A stretch of 39,134 bases of DNA from a virus. Lineage: Duplodnaviria > Caudoviricetes. The notes under the pieces are model-generated. The model ran no database searches. It had not been told where the DNA came from and saw only the letters and a list, made by a program, of their open reading frames with translations. Location: positions 1-39,134 of IMG/VR virus record IMGVR_UViG_3300049712_000015; one strand, written 5' to 3'. Both the position numbers and the translations under genes were made by a program. This document shows positions 25,380 through 35,059 of this stretch, piece by piece (the stretch's first letter is position 1; each line of letters begins with the position of its first letter).

Positions 25380-26014
25380 ATTTATACATAGGTAAAGAGA
25401 ACGTCAAAATCATATTTGAGGCTGGAGCTTGTGATTGTGAGGACAGCCTTAAACTAGCCTATGACTATCCCAACTCCCATGTCTATGCCTTTGAATGCAA
25501 CCCAGAGACTCTGACAATATGTAAAGGTAAATTAAAGGACATGATTACTTTGACTGAAAAGGCAGTATCAGACGTAAATGGTGAAGTTACTTTCTATCCA
25601 ATAGATACTAAAAGGACAATTACCAGCCATACGAATGGCAACCCAGGCGCATCTTCTATGTTCAAGGCTTCTGGTCTTTATCCGATTGAGACTTATGTGC
25701 AGAACGAAATAAAAGTACCTTCTATAACCTTAAAGACCTTTTGTGAAGAGAGGCATATAGACGAAATTGACCTACTTTGGCTAGATGCTCAGGGAGCAGA
25801 GTTAAAGATTCTCAAAGGCTTGGGAGAGGCGATTAGCAACGTCAAGATAATAAAGACTGAAGTAGAGTTCAAACCTCAGTATACGGATGCGCCATTATTC
25901 GAGGAAGTGTTGGAGTTCTTAGAGTCTAAAGGGTTTAGATTCGCAAAGTTTCTAGGAAATGTAGATTCAGAGTCATGGTTTGACGATGCAATATTTATAA
26001 ATACAAAGTTATGA
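25364..26014 (+). CDS. FkbM-family methyltransferase
   Basis: IFEAGA, VYAFECNP, GASS, IDLLWLDAQGAELKIL.G and TEV motifs. Confidence 0.9.
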   Translation: MEELVDLYIGKENVKIIFEAGACDCEDSLKLAYDYPNSHVYAFECNPETLTICKGKLKDMITLTEKAVSDVNGEVTFYPIDTKRTITSHTNGNPGASSMFKASGLYPIETYVQNEIKVPSITLKTFCEERHIDEIDLLWLDAQGAELKILKGLGEAISNVKIIKTEVEFKPQYTDAPLFEEVLEFLESKGFRFAKFLGNVDSESWFDDAIFINTKL

Positions 26015-26685
26015 AAAAAGTTTCCGTAATAATTCCATGTTTTAAGTACGCACACTTCCTGAAGGATTGTGTTAATAGCGTTAAAAGACAAACCTATGAA
26101 AATATTGAAATCATTGTGGTATCTGATGGTTCTCCAGACGATACTGTCGCTGTTTGTAAGGAACTTGGAGTAACTTGTCTTGAAAAAGAAAATGGCGGTC
26201 TTTCGTCAGCAAGGAATTACGGTATCAAACATTGCACTGGGGACTATGTGACGTGCCTAGACGCAGACGACATGATTACTCCAGGAGCTATAGAGGAACA
26301 CGTTAAATTGATGGACGATGATTACACGATAGCTCAGTGTTCTCTTATGCAATTTGGTACGAGACATAATATTCATATTCCACAAGGAGCTGACTATGAA
26401 AGACTCCTCTACGGCAACACTGTATTTTGCAATGCCATGTTTTCTAAGAAAGCTTGGGCAGAGTCTCGGTGTGGTTTTGATGAACACAAAACTATGAGAC
26501 TAGGGTTAGAAGATTATTTATTCTGGTTGGATTTAACAAAGGTCTGCAAGGTCAATACTTCAGATTTTATAGCATTAAGATATAGACAACATGACAACAA
26601 CATGACAAGTAAAACTACGCACCCAAATTGGCCAGTGATTCTCGCTTACATGCGGGAAATTCACCCATTATTAAAAGCTAAATAA
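26011..26685 (+). CDS. GT2 glycosyltransferase
   Basis: VSVIIPC, EIIVVSDGSPD, NGGLSSARN.G, LDADD and EDY.FW motifs. Confidence 0.93.
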   Translation: MKKVSVIIPCFKYAHFLKDCVNSVKRQTYENIEIIVVSDGSPDDTVAVCKELGVTCLEKENGGLSSARNYGIKHCTGDYVTCLDADDMITPGAIEEHVKLMDDDYTIAQCSLMQFGTRHNIHIPQGADYERLLYGNTVFCNAMFSKKAWAESRCGFDEHKTMRLGLEDYLFWLDLTKVCKVNTSDFIALRYRQHDNNMTSKTTHPNWPVILAYMREIHPLLKAK

Positions 26686-26690
26686 TTATT

Positions 26691-27212
26691 ATGTTTACAA
26701 TAGACAACGCAAAGTTATATAAGTTGATAGAAGACAAGGACACCCTCGTTAAACAGGGTAGGAAGATTTCATCGGAACTTGAGACGATAGAATTTAAAAT
26801 AAATAAGCTTCAGGATAAGGAGAAAGTTATTACAGGAAAGCATGAGAACAAAGACCTAGCGACTCGTGGAGAGATTGCTCGATTGGAGATGGAACGAGCT
26901 ATGAAAGCTTTTGACAAGGTTGCTGCTGAAATTCATGCAGACAAACTTGAGGCGATTCCAAAGACTATGAAGGACGAACACTACGCCTTTATGAAGAAGC
27001 GTGAGGAATTGGAAAGAGACAGAAACAAGATTGCTTTGAAAATTCAAAAGTTCAAGGATAAATTGATTCCTATGTTAAAGAAAGAAATTAAACCTCACTT
27101 GAAGGAGTTTGAAGACACACAAACGGTTGAACTGAAAGACGGCAAGGTGGTTGTTGAGACTTTTGATTACCTAGAAGACTACAAGGCAAGATTCCGCAGC
27201 AAGAAACGGTAG
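26691..27212 (+). CDS. Coiled-coil hypothetical protein
   Basis: K/E-rich helical ORF ending the capsid/glycosylation operon. Confidence 0.7.
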   Translation: MFTIDNAKLYKLIEDKDTLVKQGRKISSELETIEFKINKLQDKEKVITGKHENKDLATRGEIARLEMERAMKAFDKVAAEIHADKLEAIPKTMKDEHYAFMKKREELERDRNKIALKIQKFKDKLIPMLKKEIKPHLKEFEDTQTVELKDGKVVVETFDYLEDYKARFRSKKR

Positions 27213-27228
27213 TCAGCAAAAAGGCATC

Positions 27229-27297
27229 GAGCCTTTTGCCCACTATGTGAGAGGGACTAAACATCTCATGCAACCTTGCATAGTGGGTAAAGAGCTT
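27229..27297 (+). terminator. Long hairpin at an operon boundary (terminator or processing site)
   Basis: TTTTGCCCACTATGTGAG / CTTGCATAGTGGGTAAAG stem; an alternative GCAAAAAGGC/GCCTTTTGC hairpin overlaps its 5' arm. Confidence 0.55.
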
Positions 27298-27302
27298 GAA
27301 CG

Positions 27303-27311
27303 TGGTATAAT
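27303..27311 (+). promoter_or_regulatory. Extended -10 promoter for the tail module
   Basis: TGGTATAAT upstream of 27362. Confidence 0.6.
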
Positions 27312-27361
27312 AAGTTCACAAACCTTGAGTTGCACAAGTATTAATTACTTATCGCAACCAA

Positions 27362-28084
27362 ATGTCTATAGTTTTCTCGGACACTTCGACTAACACTGGT
27401 ATCCTGCAACAAATAAGGAAAATGATGCGTGTAGATTCTACGCAATGGCCTACAGCCAACGTCGTAGCTTCGGTTAATAACTGGCTAGATACGGTAGCTG
27501 GCTACGCTATAGGGGCAGATAGACGATTTCAGTGGGACGATACCAACCATAGCAAGCTTCCAATAGGCACTACGAACGTAGTTGCTAACCAATCAGACTA
27601 CTCTTTCCTTACAGACGAGCAAAATAACAGCATTTTAAACTTAACTCGCATTGATATTCTTGGTACTAACGGACTTTACACACGCTTGATTCCAATAGAT
27701 GAAGCCCAAATCGGTATAGCTTTGGATGAATTTGAGAAGACGGCTGGTAACCCAGTTTATTACGACAAAATCGCTGACAATATCGTTAGACTTTACCCTA
27801 AACCTGCGACGAATGTGACGTCAGGACTTAAATTTTATTTCCAAAGAACCCCGTCGTACTTTGTGGCGGCTGATACGACAAAATCCCCAGGTGTGCCACC
27901 ACTTCTACACAGGGGTTTTGTTATATCTGGTGCTTACGATGGTGCTTTGACACTTGGACTACCAAACCTGCAACCTCTCTCACTGGAACTACAGAAAGAG
28001 GAACAGAAAATGAAGGATTATTTTATGGGTCGAAACACAGATGAGAATAAGACAATGGGTTATGTATATAGAAGCTCACGATAA
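27362..28084 (+). CDS. Head-tail adaptor / tail tubular protein A-like
   Basis: 240 aa; G.PVYY..IVRLYPKP and P.VP.LLH motifs typical of podoviral adaptors; first gene of the tail module. Confidence 0.65.
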   Translation: MSIVFSDTSTNTGILQQIRKMMRVDSTQWPTANVVASVNNWLDTVAGYAIGADRRFQWDDTNHSKLPIGTTNVVANQSDYSFLTDEQNNSILNLTRIDILGTNGLYTRLIPIDEAQIGIALDEFEKTAGNPVYYDKIADNIVRLYPKPATNVTSGLKFYFQRTPSYFVAADTTKSPGVPPLLHRGFVISGAYDGALTLGLPNLQPLSLELQKEEQKMKDYFMGRNTDENKTMGYVYRSSR

Positions 28085-28272
28085 TGGCCATTACAAACGA
28101 TTCAAAACCAACGACCTCGCTTGCTAACTCATCTAAAGTTAGCGTGGGAGAAACTTGGGGCTCAATCGCATCTACTTGGACAACCGAGACTCGTACATGG
28201 CTTGAAGTATCCCAACTGATTGATAATAGTTCAAGACAGACCTCGACTTTAACTAACCAAGCAAAACCTTAA
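28084..28272 (+). CDS. Small tail-module protein
   Basis: T/S-rich with TW..I..TW..E..TW repeats. Confidence 0.6.
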   Translation: MAITNDSKPTTSLANSSKVSVGETWGSIASTWTTETRTWLEVSQLIDNSSRQTSTLTNQAKP

Positions 28273-28276
28273 TAAT

Positions 28277-29497
28277 ATGGCTTCAATTACAACAATACAA
28301 AGTACAGATTTAATCACGAACTCTCGTGCGGATTTAAATAACAACTTCACCAATCTCAACACTGATAAAATTGAGACTTCATACCTTGATACTGACACTA
28401 CACTAGCGGCTAATTCAGATACTAAGATAGCCACTCAAAAAGCTGTAAAGGCTTACGTAGATGCAGGAGGAAATCCAAATGCCAGCGAGACGACTAAAGG
28501 TGTCTCACAAGAAGCAACTGATGCACAGGTATCAGCAGGAACAGCTACAGGTTCGACAGGAGCTAAATTGTTTATTACGCCAGCTAAACTTGCTACGAGA
28601 CTTGTCGGAGGCATCGTTTTCGGTGGTACTGGTGCTGATGGTGCGCTTACAATTACATCAGGAACAACAACAGTAAACCTAGCTAGTGCCGCTTATGTTG
28701 TGAAGAACTATACGACGATTTCTATTACTGGGACGGGCAAGTTAGCCTTTTCAAATCCCCACGCAAACGGAACGAAAATCGTCTTAAAATCTCAAGGTGC
28801 AGTAACAGTAACTTCGTCTGATGCCGATGCTATAAGTGTTACGGGAATGGGAGCAAGTGCTGGTGCTGGAGGTATTCGGCCATCAGTTACCCATGCAACT
28901 GATGGCACAGATGGCATAGCTTTTATATCTACAATTAACAAAGGACTTAAAGCTGTTGACGGTAACGGTGGAAACGGGGGTGTCGCTCCAACAGCGGGTG
29001 CTTCTATAAACCAACAGTCTGATATTTCTGTAGGTTTCCTAAAACAAGTCGTAGGAGCAGGAGGAGGTGGAGGTGATTACGGAGTTTCAGGAGCAGATGG
29101 TGCTGCTGGTGGTAGAGGTGGTGGAGCTTTAAGAATTAACTGCGGTGGAGCTTTCAACTTCACGACTGGAGGCATTACAGCTAAAGGAGTAGCGGGTGGT
29201 ACAGGTACATCTACAGGTTCAGGAGGTGGAGGCGGAGGTGGCGGAGGTGGAGGTGGCGGCTCGGTACACATTCTTTACGCCTCTTTGACCGCTAACACGG
29301 GAACAATTACCTGTACTGGAGGTGCGGCTGGCTCTGGTGGGACAGGAGGAGGTAACACGGGTGGAGGCGGAGGAGGTGGAGGAGGTTCCCTAACTGCTGG
29401 GACAAATGGTTCGACACAGGCTGGAGCTAACGGTGTGGCTGGAGGAGTAGGAGGAGATGGATATTCTCTAGTGTCACTTAATACAGAATTTTCCTAA
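28277..29497 (+). CDS. Tail fibre/spike with glycine-rich domain
   Basis: ANSDTKIATQKAVKAYVD and ASETTKG fibre motifs; GGGGGGGS polyglycine segments. Confidence 0.75.
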   Translation: MASITTIQSTDLITNSRADLNNNFTNLNTDKIETSYLDTDTTLAANSDTKIATQKAVKAYVDAGGNPNASETTKGVSQEATDAQVSAGTATGSTGAKLFITPAKLATRLVGGIVFGGTGADGALTITSGTTTVNLASAAYVVKNYTTISITGTGKLAFSNPHANGTKIVLKSQGAVTVTSSDADAISVTGMGASAGAGGIRPSVTHATDGTDGIAFISTINKGLKAVDGNGGNGGVAPTAGASINQQSDISVGFLKQVVGAGGGGGDYGVSGADGAAGGRGGGALRINCGGAFNFTTGGITAKGVAGGTGTSTGSGGGGGGGGGGGGGSVHILYASLTANTGTITCTGGAAGSGGTGGGNTGGGGGGGGGSLTAGTNGSTQAGANGVAGGVGGDGYSLVSLNTEFS

Positions 29498-31011
29498 TGT
29501 CTAAAATAGTAGAATACAAAATAAATAGATTCGATGGAGGCATCAGTGATGACCCTCGTGAGTCAAGTTCTAATAAATTTGTTACAGCAAAGCATTTTGA
29601 CATTTTCTCTTTTCCAAATCGTCTAGTTCCCTACCGTTCACTTGAAGCTGACACAAACGATGGTTCAACTTCTACTGGAATGAAGCAATACATGGTTAAA
29701 GATTTCGTCTATTCCTCTACAGATGCAAAGCTCTACGGGCTTGGTCAGACTGGAGGTGGATTAACCAAAATCGTCTATAAAGCTGACGCTACTTCTGGTA
29801 ATTGGACTTTACCTGCATCGTCTGAAGGTAACGGGGCAGTGATAAATAACTGTTTCTTTGAGTTCAAAGATTATCTATTAGGTTTCCAGGGTACGAATCA
29901 AATATTTAAATGGGGGTTGCTTTCAGGCACTCCTTCTATAACAAACTCACTGGCAACGGTGGCTTCTACAATTACTTCTGTAGCCAATGGAGTGATTGCT
30001 GCTGATGGAAATGCTTACATGGCATACAACAACGTTGTAGTTAGAATAAGCACCGCTGTCGCAGTTACCGATTCAGCAAAGACAGTACCAACTAACTATA
30101 AAATCACTTCCCTATCAAACTTCGGAAAATATCTAGCAATCTGGTGTGCTCCTATTTCAACCTTTAATGGAACTTCTAAAGTGTTTCTTTGGGATTTGTC
30201 GTCTGACCTATTTGCAGAAACTATTGACTGGGGGGAGGGTGAATTACGTGTTGGTGAAACTATCGAAGGAATGCTAGTTGGTATCACTGATAGATATTTA
30301 AATAACTCTGTAGGTGCGGGACGAGGCTCGATGATTATACAGATGTATCAGAGTGGAACACCTCAAGTCGTTAAAGAAGTCTTTACACAAAAGATTGTCG
30401 GCAAATCAATTCCTCAATCTAAGGCAGTTAAAAACAACCGCCTGTTCTTTGCGGCTAAAATAATGACCAACACCGCAGGTACAGAATATGATGAAGGTTT
30501 GTGGTCTTTTGGTAGAAAGAACGTCAACTCCCCTTTCGCTCTTAACTTAGATGTAACCGATGAAAATATAGACACCGATGGCATCCAAGCTTTCGGTTCT
30601 GCTGCTAACTTCTTTTTCGTAACTCACTCGGGTGATGGTTCGATTGATAAAACTAACGATGCGGCCACGTACGATTTTGATTCTATTTACGAGTCTCAAA
30701 TAATTGATTTCGGTGACCCACATGTAACTAAAAAACTCTTGGGAATTTCAGTAACAAGTAACTGGGCTACAAGTTTAGGCACAGTTACGACAAAGTACAA
30801 AATAGACGGTGATACGTCATGGACAACTATAGGGACATTTGTAAACTCTGGTCTGACCCCTATATTCCAGGAGAACTACTTGAATATCGAAAGCACTGGT
30901 TCGGACTTTGCTAGTGGTAAAGAGTACAAGTTCAGAATTGAAAGCACCGATGGGGCAGAAATTACAGGTTTCAAATGCAGAGCACAGCTAATAAATACTC
31001 CAAACTCATAA
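29497..31011 (+). CDS. Tail nozzle / tubular protein B-like (beta-propeller)
   Basis: N-terminal F.GGISDD, beta-rich body and a YESQIIDFGDP..KK motif; position in the tail module. Confidence 0.65.
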   Translation: MSKIVEYKINRFDGGISDDPRESSSNKFVTAKHFDIFSFPNRLVPYRSLEADTNDGSTSTGMKQYMVKDFVYSSTDAKLYGLGQTGGGLTKIVYKADATSGNWTLPASSEGNGAVINNCFFEFKDYLLGFQGTNQIFKWGLLSGTPSITNSLATVASTITSVANGVIAADGNAYMAYNNVVVRISTAVAVTDSAKTVPTNYKITSLSNFGKYLAIWCAPISTFNGTSKVFLWDLSSDLFAETIDWGEGELRVGETIEGMLVGITDRYLNNSVGAGRGSMIIQMYQSGTPQVVKEVFTQKIVGKSIPQSKAVKNNRLFFAAKIMTNTAGTEYDEGLWSFGRKNVNSPFALNLDVTDENIDTDGIQAFGSAANFFFVTHSGDGSIDKTNDAATYDFDSIYESQIIDFGDPHVTKKLLGISVTSNWATSLGTVTTKYKIDGDTSWTTIGTFVNSGLTPIFQENYLNIESTGSDFASGKEYKFRIESTDGAEITGFKCRAQLINTPNS

Positions 31012-31250
31012 TGAACGAGCAAAACCAACTAGCTACTTTAATAAAAGACATGGAGGCACTAAAAGCCGACTACTATCGAAACAATTTTTCCGCTTATCAG
31101 GACTTTTCCAAGTATTCAAACTTCACTTTTCGACTGAAAGTTCCTGTCGTAACAGCATTATCGACAACCTGTGAGATAGGAGAAGTGGTTTCTTATGGAG
31201 GGAAACTTTACCACGCCTCCGCACTAAATACGTGGACGGCTCAGACTTAA
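31011..31250 (+). CDS. Small tail-module protein
   Basis: Likely start MNEQ at 31011; GEVV..GGKLY..TW C-terminus. Confidence 0.6.
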   Translation: MNEQNQLATLIKDMEALKADYYRNNFSAYQDFSKYSNFTFRLKVPVVTALSTTCEIGEVVSYGGKLYHASALNTWTAQT

Positions 31251-31279
31251 AAAAGGTATAATTATTACAACACAAATTT

Positions 31280-33001
31280 ATGGCAATAACATTAACAGGG
31301 TCAGTACCATCAGCATCATCCTTTACCTCGGCTTATAAGTCTGGTTCTACATCGGGTTCGACTACTCTAAAAGCCCCTACTGGTGGCACGGTAACTAATT
31401 CGGCGGGTCAACTCATAAATGACCAGGGTAATGTAGTCGGTGGGGCGGTTACATCATCAGGACTTTCATACGGTAGTGGCACAATTCCTGGCACTTCTGG
31501 CTCCTACATAGATAAGGGCTCTACTTCTGTACCTGTTTTGGCCTCAGATATAAACACCACTCAGGCCGTCAAACTACCCAACAATCCAGTAACCCAAGAC
31601 TACAGCAAGTATTTAAACGACATTTTTTCTACACTTAGCTCTCCAACTGGAGAAGCTAAAGGGGGAACAGATACAGCAGCTGCAACCAAAGGTGATACCT
31701 CTTTTGCAGATATTCTTTCGGCTGAATTAAACAGACCAGCACCACCAAATAGCACTAACATTTACAATAAAGCTCTAAAAGCTTCGGGAGTGGCTGATAA
31801 AGAAGCAGCGGTCAGTAACTACACAAACCAACTGAACTCTATTGTCGCTAAAAGGGATGCTGACTTACTCTCTACTCGGGGAACCCTAAGCGCAGAAGGA
31901 GGTACAGAGGCTGTTTATGGTGGTATAGCAAATACAATCAATCGTGAAGCAGCGATAAAAGCTTTACCAGTTTCAGCTCAACTTAGCGCAGCTCAAGGTG
32001 ATTTAGTTCGTGCAGAGAAACAACTCGATACTCTTTACAAGCTTCAAATTGACGATGCTAAAGCTACTTATGACTACAAGAATAAGGTGCTAGATTCAAT
32101 AGTCGGTATTCTCACAAAGAAAGAAGAGAGACAGTACCAGGCAAGAAAAGACGCTAACAATCGTGCTTATGATTTGGAGAAAACAAATTATACGATGATG
32201 AATGAATGGGCAAAAATGGCAGTAAGTACTGGTCAATCAAACCTAGTAACGCAATTTACTTCTCTCGACCCTAAGTCGTCTACCTTCTCAAGAGATATAG
32301 GGAAACTACAATCTAAAGTTGTAGATGTAAATGGAATTTTGGATAGACAATACAAGCAGGCACAGATTGATAAAATGAAGGCTGACACTACAGGTCAAAC
32401 TAAGAAGGAAAAAGAAGATGCTATCAAAGCTCAAAAAGAGGCAGTCGCTTCTATACCAACAATGCGAGATAAAATCTCAACAGTGGGTGCTCTAATGGAT
32501 GACCCTGGTTTGCATTCAAGGGTTGGTACGGGAGTTCTCTCAAGAACTTCACAAGGTTTCTGGGGAACTGTGGGCAAAGCTGCAACTGGAGTAGGATTGC
32601 TAGAACTACCTAATGACTTAAGGGCGAAGTCTATGGGATACGGGCAAAACTTTTCTGGTCAAGTTCATAAACTTGTTGCGGGTCTTACTATAGATGAACT
32701 CACTGCTGCAAAAGCTCGTGGAGCTACCTTTGGTGCTCTTTCTGATTCTGAACTGAGTATACTTTCAAATGCAGCCTCAGCTATAAATGATTGGGAAATA
32801 AAGGATAAAAATAATAAAGGTACAGGCGTATGGAACATTGATGAACAGTCTTTCAAGGCAGAACTGAAAACAATTCAGGAGCTTACAAGCAGGGCGATGC
32901 AGCAACAGCAACAGAATATCTTTTCAGAAGATGAGACCTCAGCTCTCGATGCGGTTTATAAGGTCAATAATATGGTATTAGGAGCAGATAATTATTACTA
33001 A
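31280..33001 (+). CDS. Putative DNA ejection / internal virion protein
   Basis: 573 aa; S/T/G-rich N-terminus, coiled coils and a GATFGALSDSEL motif; follows the nozzle gene. Confidence 0.6.
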   Translation: MAITLTGSVPSASSFTSAYKSGSTSGSTTLKAPTGGTVTNSAGQLINDQGNVVGGAVTSSGLSYGSGTIPGTSGSYIDKGSTSVPVLASDINTTQAVKLPNNPVTQDYSKYLNDIFSTLSSPTGEAKGGTDTAAATKGDTSFADILSAELNRPAPPNSTNIYNKALKASGVADKEAAVSNYTNQLNSIVAKRDADLLSTRGTLSAEGGTEAVYGGIANTINREAAIKALPVSAQLSAAQGDLVRAEKQLDTLYKLQIDDAKATYDYKNKVLDSIVGILTKKEERQYQARKDANNRAYDLEKTNYTMMNEWAKMAVSTGQSNLVTQFTSLDPKSSTFSRDIGKLQSKVVDVNGILDRQYKQAQIDKMKADTTGQTKKEKEDAIKAQKEAVASIPTMRDKISTVGALMDDPGLHSRVGTGVLSRTSQGFWGTVGKAATGVGLLELPNDLRAKSMGYGQNFSGQVHKLVAGLTIDELTAAKARGATFGALSDSELSILSNAASAINDWEIKDKNNKGTGVWNIDEQSFKAELKTIQELTSRAMQQQQQNIFSEDETSALDAVYKVNNMVLGADNYY

Positions 33002-33002
33002 A

Positions 33003-34874
33003 ATGGCATTTGATACAAAAGAAAAAGAAATCATAAATTATGGATTGAGAAATGGTAAATCTCGACAAGAAGTTGAGCAAGCTTTGACCCGCTACAGAAC
33101 TGGCGTACCAACAAGCATGCAAAACAAAACAGAACCTAACGAAGTAGATGGTTCTATGAAGCCAAGTCAGCCTTCTTATCTTTCTCGTGTAACTGATGCT
33201 GTAGGTCAAGATATAAGTACTCGTACTGACAAAATGGGAGAGATACTTAATCGAAACACCGAAGCTCCAGCCATTACTAATAAACTCTTACCTATAACAA
33301 AGCCAGGAACTAATAAAAATCTCCACGTAGAGCAGGGAGTTCAGGCTTTCGGACAGGGAGCTGGTATGGCGGCTAATGCACTGGAAACGACTGTTACTGA
33401 AATTCCTGGAGTTAAGCAAGCAGTTGGAGCGGTTGGCTCAGGAATTGATTGGTTAGCTAAGTCTGACCTCTCACCTATAAAATATTTAGGTGATGCGATT
33501 GGTAGTAGCAAGGCTCTTCAAGAGGCAGTTAAACTTTATGATACAGACAAAAATTTTAAAGACACCGTAGACGGGGTAGCTAATATCGCAAGACTTGGAG
33601 GAGATATTCAAACAGCTGTTGATAGTGCTAATTTTGTTTCAAAAGTTACTAATAAATTAGTATCGAAAACAGCAGCTTCCCCAAAAGTGGACTCAGTAAT
33701 TGAGGGACATTTCCAAGAGTCTAACGATGTCATAAAATCTTTGCCGCCAGAGGAACTTAATTCGCTCGGTGGAATGAAAGAGTTGATTCAAAGAACCAAG
33801 ACGAATATAGTTGATGGTCTGAAAGGCTCTGGTATGGAAACAGATGCAGCTAGAGTAAATGCTATAGATATTTCTAAATTTAATACACTCGATGAGTTTA
33901 AAAATGCAGCTCTACCTAAGTCTTCACCTATAGCCGATGTTGTGGGAGCAGGTTCAAAAGTAGTGAATGATGCGAAATCTCTTGCGGGTAAATCATTACA
34001 GGGTAAAGATGCCAAACTCTTGAGCATATTTACAGGGGAGGGTGTTGACGTAGTTGAGTCCGCTCTCAAAGACCCCGTAACTGCGGATATTGGTATAAAA
34101 GGTGGCGATTCCGCTTTGAGAGAAGTAGTTAATAAAGGAAGTGAGGCTTCGATTAAGGCAAAACAAGCCTTTATTCAGGGTCAGGCTGATGCGGTAAAGC
34201 AGATAGTAGGAGGCACTAAATCTAAGGTAAGCAGACAGAAAGTTTTGTATCAGTTTGTTGATGATTTGAATGCTGCTGGGGTAAAAATAAAGAACGGAGA
34301 AATAGATTTCAGTACGAGCAAAATTAACACTAACCCAGGTGAAGTGGGTAAGATTAAGGCAGCTTACAAAGCTATTCAGAATTGGACTGATTGGAGTGTT
34401 GAGGGTACTCACGAACTAAAGCAGCTTGTAGGTGGCTACACTAGATTCGCTAACGAAGCTGGGGGTACGTCTAAGTCTCCATTTTTAGGTAAATTTTATT
34501 ACACTCTGAACGAGACAATAAAGGATACTTTGCCATCGGCTAAAGCTAAAGCCTATGAAGATTTAAACAGAAAGTTCACTAACAACATAGACTTATACAA
34601 TGACATGGTTGATGCCTTCAACTCAGGCGACCCATTCACGAAGCTCTCTCAACTATTCGGAGCAAACAAAGACTCCTTGAGACAGATTGTAGACTTCTAT
34701 GAAAAAACCACAGGCAATAAAGTCTCTCCTGTGGTTGCTGGAAGGACTCTAGCTCAAGAAAAAGCTGTCTCACCTTTTCTATTCACACCTAGAGCGATGA
34801 TAGATTTCTTCATAAATCCGAAAGTGCAGGCGTCTTTGGTAACAAAAGTAGGCAAGATTAAAAAATCGAAATAA
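33003..34874 (+). CDS. Putative DNA ejection / internal virion protein
   Basis: 623 aa helical A/G/K-rich protein in the position of podoviral ejection genes. Confidence 0.6.
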   Translation: MAFDTKEKEIINYGLRNGKSRQEVEQALTRYRTGVPTSMQNKTEPNEVDGSMKPSQPSYLSRVTDAVGQDISTRTDKMGEILNRNTEAPAITNKLLPITKPGTNKNLHVEQGVQAFGQGAGMAANALETTVTEIPGVKQAVGAVGSGIDWLAKSDLSPIKYLGDAIGSSKALQEAVKLYDTDKNFKDTVDGVANIARLGGDIQTAVDSANFVSKVTNKLVSKTAASPKVDSVIEGHFQESNDVIKSLPPEELNSLGGMKELIQRTKTNIVDGLKGSGMETDAARVNAIDISKFNTLDEFKNAALPKSSPIADVVGAGSKVVNDAKSLAGKSLQGKDAKLLSIFTGEGVDVVESALKDPVTADIGIKGGDSALREVVNKGSEASIKAKQAFIQGQADAVKQIVGGTKSKVSRQKVLYQFVDDLNAAGVKIKNGEIDFSTSKINTNPGEVGKIKAAYKAIQNWTDWSVEGTHELKQLVGGYTRFANEAGGTSKSPFLGKFYYTLNETIKDTLPSAKAKAYEDLNRKFTNNIDLYNDMVDAFNSGDPFTKLSQLFGANKDSLRQIVDFYEKTTGNKVSPVVAGRTLAQEKAVSPFLFTPRAMIDFFINPKVQASLVTKVGKIKKSK

Positions 34875-34962
34875 GCAGTGAAAGCAAGCCTATCACTATG
34901 ATTACTGGTATTAAATTCGATACGAGTAGCACCAGTATTATTTTTGAGAAGATTTTAAACAT
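34858..34962 (-). CDS. 34-aa very hydrophobic membrane peptide with its own consensus promoter
   Basis: MFKIFSKIILVLLVSNLIPVIIVIGLLSLLISIF; TTGCAA-17-TATAAT (34997-34969) ends 6 nt before the ATG. Confidence 0.65.
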   Translation of the reverse strand: MFKIFSKIILVLLVSNLIPVIIVIGLLSLLISIF

Positions 34963-35059
34963 AAATGGATTATATCATACTAGTTACAAAATTGCAATAG
35001 TCATAGATTTGCATACAAGTAAGCCAATGCGTGATATAATTTATACATAAACCACTGCA

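Noticed and set aside
20777-26685. GT cluster as DNA hypermodification or O-antigen seroconversion
   Set aside because: No base hydroxymethylase, TET/JBP or polymerase genes and no GtrA/GtrB/membrane GT; location in the virion module favours protein glycosylation. Disfavoured, not formally excluded.
29077-29271. Poly-proline minus ORF
   Set aside because: Reverse complement of the polyglycine codons of the tail fibre.
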